DNA of 64,000 bases from Octopus sinensis. Lineage: Eukaryota. How positions within the stretch are numbered: the first letter of the stretch is position 1; each line of letters begins with the position of its first letter. Both the position numbers and the translations under genes were made by a program. The notes beneath the pieces are model-generated. The model saw only the letters and a program-made list of their open reading frames with translations, made no database searches and had not been told where the DNA came from. The DNA is taken from assembly GCF_006345805.1 (NCBI RefSeq), contig NC_043007.1, forward strand, positions 57,846,001 to 57,910,000, written 5' to 3'. Below, piece after piece: positions 1 to 11,400 of this stretch.

Positions 1-136
1 ACTAAAGAAGCCAATCCCAAAAATTACGATAAAAAAATACAACTTTGATAAGAGCTGTATTATTTTCATCATAGTTGTTCATGGTCGTCATTGCCATCGA
101 CATCATCATCATCAGTAGCAACAACGTAGCAACAGC

Positions 137-137
<1 letters not shown>

Positions 138-186
<49 letters not shown>

Positions 187-191
187 TGTGC

Positions 192-250
<59 letters not shown>
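138..250. repeat. (AGT)n microsatellite
   Basis: Direct tandem agt/tag run; source of the poly-S/L/Y/T ORFs at 2-461. Confidence 0.97.
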
Positions 251-263
<13 letters not shown>

Positions 264-724
264 GGTGGTGGTAGCAGCAACAGTGATAGCTACCAAATAC
301 GTAGCCGAAGTCATCATTGAAGGGGGATAAATGGTTAAAAATCGAAAAGAAAAGCACACACAAACAGACCATAAAAAATAATAAAAAAATAGAAGAAAAG
401 TAAAAAAAAAAAGCATTAAATACGCTTCAGAAGAAAGCAAACAATACGTGCTAAAGGGCAACTGAACGTATTTAGTAGGGGGTTATCAATACATTATGTT
501 TGGGGGGAGTGTAGGCGTGTGTAAGGAGGAGGAAAAACGAGCGAGCGTGTTGTGAGAGAGGCATTGAGACTTCGGTAAGCCATTACAGAGGTGAATGTAA
601 CAGCAAATTGTTTTTATTGAAAAACTGCAGACGGAGAGCAACATTAACGATGGTGATAACAATAATAATGTTTTATTTGTTTATTTATTTTAACGTTGAC
701 ATAAGGTCATAATTCTTCTTGCGA

Positions 725-1372
725 AGGGTGGGGATTGAGTATGAGTTTAGACGATTAAATCGAGTACACTCTTTGATTAGCAGGGGAGGGGAGCCCTTAT
801 TTTAACGTCTTCGGAAGAATGAAAAGCAAAGAAGAAATTTTGAGGAATTTGAGCTTACAACGTATAGGAACTTTGCAAATTACGGTATAACTCCCAAGTC
901 CGTTGCGCCATTGATTTCTTTTTCATCTTTCTCCATTGCAATAATAATAATAATCCTTTCTACTAAAAGCACAAGGCCTGAAATTTGGGGATGGGGACTA
1001 GCCGATTACATCGACCCCAGTGTTTCATTGCTACTTAATTTATCGATCCCGAAAGAATGAAAGGCAAAGTCAACCTAGGCGGAATTTGAACACAGAACGT
1101 AAAGATGGACGAAATACCGCTAAGCATTTTGCCCAACGTGTTAACGATTCTGATACTCGATGCCTTAGTATTGATAATGGTTTCAGGTTTTAGCTCAAAG
1201 CCAGCAATTTCGAGGGAGGGAGCTAAGTCGGGTACATCGACCCCAGTGTTCAACTAGTACTTATTTTATCAACTACGAAAGGATGAAAGGAAAAGGTGAC
1301 CCCGGTGGAATTGGATGAAATGCTGCTAAGATTTTGCCTGAGTGTGCCGACGATTCTGCCAGCTTGCTACTT
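725..1372 (-). mobile_element. Chain of SINE-B copies: degenerate ~725-915, 954-1166, ~1180-1372
   Basis: Reverse complement has a tRNA-like head (A-box-like TGGCAGAATCGTT, B-box-like GTTCAAATTCC) and the body TTGCCTTTCATxCTTTCGGGATCGATAAA..AGTA..CTGGGGTCGATG; (ATT)n tails lie between copies. Confidence 0.8.
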
Positions 1373-1985
1373 TAGTAATAATAATGATAACAATAAAGAT
1401 TTCTTTGTTAACCACTTAAGGTTTACAAAAAGATCTAGGACAGTACAAGATGATAACATGTGAGATTACATGTAGTTTTGTTAACAATAAAAAGGAAAAA
1501 GTTCAAACAAGGAATAATTTCCACAAATCTGGGGTAATTTCCGACGGTCTCTCATCTAAAACTCTCAAAAAACGAAGCAAAACAAAAACCAGGCCAACCT
1601 CACCACTAAAGCACAATGCTCTCTCCTTATCCTTTTCCCTTAATCTACAGGCGTGTGCTCAGAGAAGATCCGTTTACTCAGTCCTGTACGCCTATTTGAT
1701 TATGAAGATTTACAAACATACTTTCCCAGTGATACTCGGTTTACTTACCATTATAAATAATACCAAATGTTCTTTCTCAAACCTTTCATAATGTGATACA
1801 AGTCTTTGGTGTAGCAATTGCATGCGGCTGAAGAGGGCTTTTGAACTATGTTATATCGATTGTAAGAATAAGTTGTTTTATAAAGCTCGAAACATATGTA
1901 CCGCGACATCCTTGGTGCCCTGTTTTTTCATTTTATTTCATTTCATTTGATACACACACACACACACATACACACACACACACAT

Positions 1986-2048
<63 letters not shown>

Positions 2049-2050
2049 TA

Positions 2051-2389
2051 AAAGGGGTAAAGACCCCCTTCGGTCATGAATGACCATGGGATTGCACCTA
2101 GAAAGTTACCCTCCTAGACACAAGTCCGGGCAAGGTTGTTTATGGAAGGCTAGCAGTCGCCCATGCATACCAGCCTCCCCTCCCCACGCCACCAGTGTTA
2201 TCCAAGGGAAAGACAAGGTCGATACAGCTTGGCACCTGTGACGTCGCAACTCATTTCTACAGCTGAGTGAACTGGAGCAACGTGAAATAAAGTGCCTTGC
2301 TCGAGAACACAACACGCAGCCCGGTCCGGGATTCGAGCTCACAACCTCACGATCGTAAGCTCGACGCTCTAACCACTGAGCCATGCGCC
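2051..2389 (-). mobile_element. tRNA-derived SINE-C, full length, with a CORE-like central domain
   Basis: Minus strand GGCGCATGGCTCAGTGGTTAGAGCG...GCTCGAATCCCGG (A/B boxes), then TCGAGCAAGGCACTTTA..CTCAGCTGTAGAAATGAG, which resembles the CORE domain (TTGGGCAAGTCACTT..CTCATCTGTAAAATGG). Confidence 0.8.
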
Positions 2390-2404
2390 TATATATATTA
2401 TATA

Positions 2405-2471
<67 letters not shown>

Positions 2472-2475
2472 AGAG

Positions 2476-2535
<60 letters not shown>

Positions 2536-2811
2536 GGATAGATGGTAGATACATACATACATACATACATACATACATACATACATACATACATAGACAG
2601 ATAGATAGATTTACACACCAAAAAGCGATTTATATCATATAAATTCGTGTCCCCACCCTACTCGATCACTGATACTCTATTTTCCAATCATATTACAAAA
2701 TAAACATGTGTGGTTATAACAAGACGACGGCGACGATTGTGATGATGGTGATGATGAGGATGATGTGGGTGATGATGATGACGAAGAGGAAGACATACGC
2801 ATACATGCATA

Positions 2812-2976
2812 GGCGCAGGAGTAGCTGTGTGGTAAGTAGCTTGCTAACCAACCACATGGTTCCGGGTTCAGTTCCACAGCGTGGCATCTTGGGCAAGTGT
2901 CTTCTACCAAAGCCCGGGCCGACCAATGCCTTGTGAGTGGATTTGGTAGACGGAAACTGAAAAGAAGCCTGTCGTA

Positions 2977-3073
<97 letters not shown>

Positions 3074-3281
3074 TTGTGTGTCTGTGATTGTCCCACTAGC
3101 ATTGCTTGACAACCGATGCTGGTATGTTACGTCCCCGCCACTTAGCGGTTCGGCAAAAGAGACCGATAGAAAAGTACAGGGCTTACAAAGAAAAGTCCCG
3201 GGGTCGATTTGCTCGACTAAAGGCGGTCCTCCAGCATGGCCGCAGTCAAATGACTGAAACAAGTAAAAGAGTAAAAGAGTA
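2812..3281 (+). mobile_element. tRNA-derived SINE-A, full length, bipartite with an internal (TA)n/(TG)n
   Basis: Head GGCGCAGGAGTAGCTGTGTGGTAAG..GGTTCAGTTCC; left module ends at GAAGCCTGTCGTATA; right module ends CCAGCATGGCCGCAGTCAAATGACTGAAACAAGTAAAAGAG; near-identical to 45067, 51045 and 57383. Confidence 0.9.
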
Positions 3282-3291
3282 ATATAAATAT

Positions 3292-3347
<56 letters not shown>

Positions 3348-3389
3348 CAGAGACAGACCGAGAGAGAGAGAGAGAGGCGCGTATATATG

Positions 3390-3438
<49 letters not shown>

Positions 3439-3659
3439 CACATTCATAACTACACAACATACTATAACATATATCATGACTTTGTTAATAACCATTTAAA
3501 CACACACATACAAATATATTAATTTTTTTCTTTCATCTTATATCCCTTACATATTTATTTAGTATCAAATAAATTCGTGTTCCCGCCCTACTCGCTCACT
3601 GATACTCTATTCTACAACCATATCTTTATAACAAAATAAGCAAAAGTGTGATTATTACA

Positions 3660-4308
3660 AGACGAAGGTGACGACGACGACGACGTCGACGATCGTATTG
3701 ATGGTGGCGATGAGGATGATGTAGGTGATGATGATGATGATGATGGTGATGATGATGGTGGTGGGGTGGTGGTGGTGGTTGGTGGTGGTGGTGGTGGTTT
3801 TGGTGGTGTTGGTGGTGCTGGTGGTGCTGGTGACGATGATGACGATGACGATGACGTGAGAGCAATAGAGGTGAAGGTGGTTTAGTGATGATATAAAGAT
3901 GATGTTGATAATGACCTTTATGAGAGTGATGTGGAGATGACAATGTTTATGGTAAAACGCAGAGGAGGATGAGAGAGGAGGATGACAGCGATTGTCATAG
4001 TCAGTATTATGATGATAATGATGACGATTATATCAATGAATTGGACAAGGCTAGCAAAGACGTGGTGGTGGTGGTGGTAATGATGATGATGATGATGATG
4101 ATGATGGTATGGACACTGGCGATCATGATGACCATGAGGATGATTACGAGGAGGAGGATGACAACGACAAAGGAGGGAGAGGGGATGGTAATGGTGGAGG
4201 GTAGCGATAGTGCTTGTGAGAGCGGTAGTGAGGATGCTGGTCATCGACCTTTTGGAGATGATGATAGCGGTTGTGATAATAATGTAGATACTATTGATGA
4301 CGACGGTA

Positions 4309-4350
<42 letters not shown>

Positions 4351-4510
4351 GCGACGGCAGCGGCAGCGGCGGCGGTGGTGGTGGTGTTTATGATAATGAT
4401 GATGGTGTTGATGACGATGATGACGATGATGATGATGATGATGATGGTGGTAGTGATGGTCGTGGTAGTGGTGGTGGTAGTGATGATGATTATAATGATG
4501 ATGGTGATAA
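3660..4510. repeat. Compound GAT/GGT/GAC/GGC trinucleotide low-complexity tract
   Basis: Direct reading; explains the poly-D/M/H ORFs at 3626-4899. Confidence 0.9.
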
Positions 4511-5008
4511 ATGACAGTGGTGATGACGATCCGCTGCAAACCTATGATCAAAGACACTTCAACTTTGCAGTAATCATTTCGTCTTTTTCTTCTATGCAGA
4601 AACCTCTCAGAGTCTCCATTTTTTCCCCCTTTTTTGCCTGTCCTATGTATCACATGCATGTGATACACAAGACATATCTCTCTGCCGTCCATGCATCTCT
4701 GGAGGAAGTGAGCCGGACTTACTCCAATATCTTCATGCGACTAACGAGCGCTACAAATGGCTTTTTTCACATTTCACCAACGAAGTATGATTATTGTAAT
4801 TCTGAGCTTCCTGCAAAAGGTGTCGAGTTAAGAAATTATATATTTTCTTCATATTTTATTCTACATTTTTGTGTTTTATATATATATATATATATGTAAA
4901 ACTGGTAATACCTTTCCTAAATATAATTCTTTAATCAAATAATTGTACTTCCTATTCGAGGCTTCGATGAAGCTGTATAGATAGATAGATAGATAGATAT
5001 AGATATAG

Positions 5009-5049
<41 letters not shown>

Positions 5050-5334
5050 CGGGTTTGTAAGATTGTGTATTGAAGAATATATTAGTCATGGCATTCTAAC
5101 TAAGTCTGATTTTCACGTTTTAATATTTGCAAGTTTTACAATTTTACAATAATGAAATAAACTAGTACCTTCATACGTTACGCGATCACCAGATGTATGT
5201 AGTGACAGTCCTGTTCCACAATTAGCAACTGTCTTTACATATACCTGATGATTGCGTAACGCACGAAAGCACTACTTTATTTCATGTATGTATATATGTA
5301 TGTATTTATGTATTTATGTATGTATGTATATGTT

Positions 5335-5535
5335 TATGTGTCTGCGTTTGTTCTCCCCACCATCACTTCACAACCGATGTTGGTACGTTTACGTCCCCGC
5401 AATTTTGCGATTCGGCAAAATAATCAGATAGAATAAGTACCAGACTTACAAAGAATAAATTCCAGGGTCGATTTTTTCGACTAAAGGCGGTACTCTAACA
5501 TGGCCGCTGAAACAAATAACAGAATAAAAGAATAA
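5335..5535 (+). mobile_element. SINE-A right module (5'-truncated copy)
   Basis: TTCACAACCGATGTTGG..GATAGAATAAGTACCAG..GGGTCGATTTTTTCGACTAAAGGCGGTACTCTAACATGGCCGCTGAAAC. Confidence 0.8.
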
Positions 5536-5969
5536 AAGAACACACACGCACACACACACGCGCGCACACATATGAAGTCTTATTGTGTTCATCTGCATTA
5601 CTATCTGCGTCTTATCTGCTTGACTTTCCCAATGTTTTTCAACCACCAGAGTAACTTGGAACTTATAGAAAGAAAAAAGCTTCATATTGCTCAGAACGTA
5701 TGAAACAAAGGCTAACTGAATGTCTAAAAACAAACCTGTATGCTTAGGACAAACTTATGGATATGATTTGGACAGGCAAACGGCAAGACGGTCGGCTATG
5801 GTTTGAAAGAGATTTGGTTACTCTTTGAACCAGGTAAAGCGATTACTTAGTGCTAGTGAGGATGAAAAATGATGACGATGTTGATAGTGACGTGAAGAAA
5901 CAAACAAACTAACAAATATATAACGAAGACAGCACCTACTGAAATGATGTACCAAGGAATACTCTGTTT

Positions 5970-6412
5970 TTCTTACTTGTTTCAGACATTAGACTGCGGT
6001 CATGCTGGAGCACCACCCTGAAGAAATTTTAGTCGAACGAATCGATACCAGAGCTTATTTATTCTTTTAAACCCGCTGCTTACTCTATCGGTCTCTTTTG
6101 CTGACCCACTAAATTATGGGGATATAAACGCACCAACACCGGTTGTCAAGCGGTCAGTGGTACAAACACAGACACAAAAAGACACAAGCACACACACACA
6201 CACATACGCACGCACACATACATGCACACACACATGCACGTGTATATGCATATATATATATATATATTTATATATATACAACGGGTTTCTTTCAGTTTCC
6301 GTCTATCAAATCCACTCACAAAGATTTGGTTGACCTGAGGATATATTAGAAGACACTTGCCCAAGGCGCCATGCAATGCAACCGAACCCGAAATCATGTG
6401 GTTGGGAAGCAA
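5970..6412 (-). mobile_element. SINE-A copy
   Basis: TTGTTTCAGACATTAGACTGCGGTCATGCTGGAGCACC ... microsatellite ... CTTTCAGTTTCCGTCTATCAAATCCACTCACAAAG ... GTGGTTGGGAAGCAAGC. Confidence 0.85.
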
Positions 6413-6566
6413 GCATGATTAAAAAAAATTATCACGTCACAAAATTGTGTGGTTCAGATGTAATGGTTGCTGACTTGTTCACTCCCACCTCATCCAGCCA
6501 TTTAGCAATCACCATCAACCTCCGACATCACCTACTGCCACAAACAGCAACTGTGTTTTATTTCTT

Positions 6567-6623
<57 letters not shown>

Positions 6624-6799
6624 ATTCATCGGTGACTGATAAATGTTCGATTTTTCACGCCAGCAACAAAACACATGGGAAGCAAGAATAACAAGAAAGA
6701 CAAAAGGAAAAAGAAAGGAAAACAAAACAACCTCTGTTTCATGAAATAAGCAAAAGCAACAAAAACTGAAACAAAGCAACAGTAATATGATGATGATGG

Positions 6800-6830
<31 letters not shown>

Positions 6831-7083
6831 AATGCTAGTAATGGTTTCTTTAACGATATTAATGAATTCTTATGTTTGCCTCAAGGGCAGCAGAGAAGCC
6901 ACAATATTGCAATAATAATATCTTGATGTTGTTGATAATGATTATGATAATAACAAGGAGGAGGAGGAGGAGAAGGAGGAAGAGGGGGAGGAGGAGGAGG
7001 AGTTGAAAGGGAAGGTACAATAGCTACAATAGTAACAATAATAATAATGACAACAACTATGATGATAATAATAATTATTATTA

Positions 7084-7293
7084 TTTCTACTCTAGGCACT
7101 TAAAAATTTTGAGGGGAAGGGGACTAGTCGATTATATCGACTCCAATGCATAACTAGTACTTATTTCATCGACCTCGAAAGAATGAAAGGCAAAGTCGAC
7201 CTCGGCGGAATTCGAACTTAGAACGTAGAGGCAGACGAAATACAGAGAAGCATTTCGCCCGGCGTGCCAATAATTCTGCCAGCTCACCGCCTT
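7084..7293 (-). mobile_element. SINE-B copy flanked by AAT/AAC runs
   Basis: Reverse complement AAGGCGGTGAGCTGGCAGAATT..GAGTTCGAATTCCGCCGAGGTCGACTTTGCCTTTCATTCTTTCGAGGTCGATG. Confidence 0.88.
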
Positions 7294-7318
7294 CAATAAC
7301 AACAACAACAACAACAGC

Positions 7319-7351
<33 letters not shown>

Positions 7352-7479
7352 AATAATAATATTACGAGCAGCCATAATAACACACATCAGTAAAGATAAA
7401 AAGATCAACAATGATATCATGGCTGTAGCATCATCATTACCAATAACAAGAACATTAACAATAAAGACATCATCAGTAA

Positions 7480-7494
7480 TAAAGATACTACTAC

Positions 7495-7529
<35 letters not shown>

Positions 7530-7538
7530 ATAATAATA

Positions 7539-7617
<79 letters not shown>

Positions 7618-7644
7618 GATAATGATGATAGTAATAATAATAAT

Positions 7645-7694
<50 letters not shown>

Positions 7695-7697
7695 CTG
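7480..7697. repeat. (ACT)n(AAT)n(AAC)n compound microsatellite
   Basis: Direct reading. Confidence 0.95.
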
Positions 7698-8249
7698 CAA
7701 CAACTCAGAAATGCTCTTTCCTGTCACTTCCGTTTTCTCCACCATTCGTAGCCATTTTGTTTATTTCTGGATCCTTTTCTTCATGGTTTTTTATTAACCC
7801 CGCAAAGTATACTCTCTTTTCACCCCAAACCCTTTAGTATCATCACTCTGACCTCAGCGCCACCACTTTTTTCTACCTCCAATACTACTGTTCTCACCTT
7901 TCACCTCATTTCCAAGCTTACCCATTATGCATCTTTATTTTCATCTTTTTTGATGTTTTATATACAATACATTTATATATCTATAACCCTAGAGGCGCAT
8001 TGAAACACATACTGACAATCTATACACTCATAGATACATAGTGCTTGCATATACACTCGTTTATACAATACATGCACAAATATGCACTTGCTTGCATATG
8101 AAGAAGCACTGTAAAGCAAAATGACCGCTCAATATACATACCAAAAATACATCTATACATAAAGAAACAATATCGCATACTGAACTACGCTGGTGCTCGA
8201 TTCACACACAACAAAGATATTCTGTACGTACGCATACACACTAAAAGGT

Positions 8250-8254
8250 AAATG

Positions 8255-8314
<60 letters not shown>

Positions 8315-9060
8315 CAACATGCATTTATAGAGACACACAGCACTGACATGTTATGCACACGCTCCCACTAAACATACACATATATGCAATGCTTTGCCGT
8401 ATACATGAAAACGAGCGCATACGTATTTTTTTCCTTTTGCACGTAAACACACAATCAACATACATACTCACAAGACACATACAGAACATATATGCAAACA
8501 CGCATAAATACACAAGAGTCAACATGATATACACTCATACATTCATACAAAATCATCAAAAATTGATATTCAGATATCCTGAGACACGTACACGTACAAT
8601 TAACTATTCACACGCACATGCACACACATCCACATATCCACACGCATGCACGTATGCTTCTGCTCCCCTCTTAAAACCCACCTAACATGCGCATAAACAC
8701 GTACACCAAAAAGAATGCGCAGGTACAGCTCTCCTTTCACACTCCCGAAAACATACAAAGGACTCGAAATATGCACGCACATTCACATACATAGGCGAGA
8801 GCACACGTACACCACGTTTTACACACAACAGAAACAAAGACGATACATACATACATAAACAACACGCACACACATACACGCAACACACACACTTACACGC
8901 ATACACAGGACACACGCCCACACACAAACATAAACCAAATGCGCACACATACGCTCTCAAACATTCAACTAAACACATAACACGCATACACATCATGCCA
9001 AAACGCCACACATATGTTACATGCAGCACACATGTATGTTACATGCAACGCACGCGTCTG
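8250..9060. repeat. Degenerate CA/CATA-rich low-complexity tract (similar tracts at 11480-12200, 55760-56020, 60770-61170)
   Basis: Decayed (CA)n/(CATA)n with no protein-like frame. Confidence 0.8.
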
Positions 9061-9326
9061 GTGTGCAGGCAGCACTTTAAAGCTTTGAAGAGTTTAGACA
9101 ATGATGGACAATAAAGAACCAGACGTTTGACATAGTTCCGCCATGTTTTTATAATTGTTACACGCTGTGTATCACCATGTGAATGGTGGCAACAGTGGTG
9201 GCGGCGGAAAATAGCTGTCATTTTTTATTTTATTTTTATTTTTCTTATTGCTGCTTAATTTTCATTGTAGTTTCGTCGTTTGTGCTTTCTTTTCATTAAA
9301 TCTATTAACATATTGTGACAGAATCA

Positions 9327-9900
9327 GTAGGGCGGTGAATTGGTGACTTCGTTAGAACGCCGAATAGAATGATTAATAGTACATATTATGGCTTTCTAAG
9401 TTCAAACCTTACCGTAGCCAATTCTGCCTTTCATGCTTTCGAGGTCGATAAATAAGATACCCATCGAAGAAAACCGGTTCACAGGACTATTAGATCGTCC
9501 GATGCGTTTCTTACGGTTGCCCAAAACTTGCCTCCTATCAATGACTTCCTTGTGGTGGTAAACAAGACCCCTAGGAACCGGAACCCGGATAATGATGATA
9601 TTTCTCTAATCTCATACGGAACTAGGTGTCTGTCGGAGCATCAATATCAAAAACGAGCAGAACTTTCAATAAAGGAAAATAACTGCTGAAACAGACACTG
9701 TGATAGAATCGGTAGAACAACGACCAAAACAAATTATACTATTTCGTAACGTCCGTTCATGATTTGTGTTCAAATCCGGTTGCAGTAAATTTTAATTTCA
9801 TCATTGTGGATTGGTTCAATAACGACCAGTGAAGCACTGGTGTTGATGTAATAGACTACGTTCCTGTCCTAAAATTGTTGGCCTCCTCCGTTTGTCAGAA
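9327..9900 (+). mobile_element. Two old SINE-B-related copies (~9327-9465, ~9700-9900)
   Basis: GGCGGTGAATTGG..CGTTAGAACGCCG..AAGTTCAAACC..TGCCTTTCATGCTTTCGAGGTCGATAAATAAG; second copy GATAGAATCGGTAG..GTTCAAATCC..CACTGGTGTTGATGTAATAGACT. Confidence 0.6.
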
Positions 9901-10019
9901 ATCATCATTAGTTTGTTTTGTTTCTTCTGAGTTTTTTTTTTTTTGTAAACATCCTCTTGAGCAATGATATTCACTCATTACTCTTTGTGGCTGATCATCA
10001 TTATCAAACATCATTAAGG

Positions 10020-10097
10020 CTACAAGTTGAGTACTGGAGTCCCCCAAAATTACTGGCCTTGTGCCAAAATTTGAAACCATTATTATTATTATCATCA

Positions 10098-10187
<90 letters not shown>

Positions 10188-10640
10188 AGGCAGCGAGCTA
10201 ACAGAATCTTTAACACACGGGCAAAATGATTAGTGGCATTTCGTCCGTCTTTACGTTCTGAGTTCATTTTTCGCTGAGGTCGACTTTGCCTTTCATTCTT
10301 TCGGGATCGATGAAATAAGTATCAGTTGAGTACGGGGGTCGCTGCTATCAACTAGCCACCCCTCTCCAATTTCAAGCCTTGTGTCTATAGTAGAAAGGAT
10401 TGTTATTCTTATTCTTCTTATTATTATTAGAGTACCGAGCTGTCAGAATCGTTAGCACTGCGGACAAAATGCTGAGCGGTATTTCGTCCTTTTTTAGATT
10501 TTGTGTTAAAAATTCGCCAAGATGAACTTTTGCCTTTCATGCTTCGGGATCGATGAAATAAAGTAACGGTTCAGCGCTCGGTTCCATGTAATCGACACCT
10601 CCCATCCCGTAAATCTTCTGGTTTCGTGCCAATATTTGTC
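10020..10640 (+). mobile_element. Tandem chain: SINE-B 3' fragment (10020-10080), (ATT)(AGT)n, SINE-B 10187-10402, SINE-B ~10430-10640
   Basis: Repeated AAGGCAGCGAGCT.ACAGAATC..TTAGCAC..GGCAAAATG..TTCGTCCG..GAGGTCGACTTTGCCTTTCAT units. Confidence 0.88.
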
Positions 10641-10779
10641 ATCATTATCATCATAATCATTGTTTTTTTGTTTCTGTTGTGCTTTATTTTAGTACTTCTT
10701 ACTTTACTTGTTTGCATTTGTGATAATTGCTACCCCTCCCACTTTATCTTTAACCGTATCTTTTTGCGTTAGGAACTGT

Positions 10780-11400
10780 TTTGTTGCTTTTACGCTTTCA
10801 TGTTGATTATTTTTTATTGCTACAAATCTTGCTGTTATTACTACTGGTGACGAAGTTGTTATTGCTATTGCTGTTATCACTACCGCTGTTCTTATCGTTA
10901 TTATTGTTGTTATTACTATTGTGTCGTTGTTATTACTATTGCTGTTTTTATTGTTATCATTCTTGTTATTATTGATATTGTTGTTATAGCAATTTCTGCT
11001 GTTATTCTTATTATTGTTGCTGTTGCTATTACTATTGATGTCATTATAGTTATTACCGTTTTCATTACTATTGTTACCGCTGTTATTTCTATCGCAGTTG
11101 TTTAATGTTATAAATTTTTTATATTACTATTACTGTTATTAGTATTAGCTGTTGTAATCGTCATTATCGTTATTACATCTTGTTTTTGTTGATAATGCTG
11201 TTATTAATATTAACTGTTGTAATCATTATTATCATTATTAATATTTTTGTTGTTGTTACTACTATTGTTGCTGTTATTTTTATTATTATTGATATGACTC
11301 TTGTTGTTATTGCTATTGTTGCTATTACTATGACTGTTGTGATTGTTATCACTATTCTTGTTATTGGTATTGTTGTTATTACTACTGCCTGTTTTTATTG
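10780..11400. repeat. Degenerate (GTT/ATT/ACT) trinucleotide tract
   Basis: Direct reading; poly-L/I/V ORFs are artefacts. Confidence 0.85.

Noticed and set aside
2-461. Poly-L/T/S/Y ORFs, and all IYIY, CVCV, HTHT, IYLS, MYVC, poly-D/M/H/K/N ORFs across the window
   Set aside because: They are translations of microsatellites, open in several frames and strands at once, with no domain content
1828-1846. CTGAAGAGGGCTTTTGAAC hammerhead-like start
   Set aside because: No complementary stem II strand and no GAAA
2310-2389. tRNA-like sequence (also the heads of SINE-A, B and C elsewhere)
   Set aside because: It continues into a SINE body and is multicopy with divergence, with no clean acceptor stem; a SINE head, not a tRNA gene
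4716-4812. Minus-strand segment bounded by CCTTTTGCAG| and |GTAAGT
   Set aside because: Stops in all three frames; no other support
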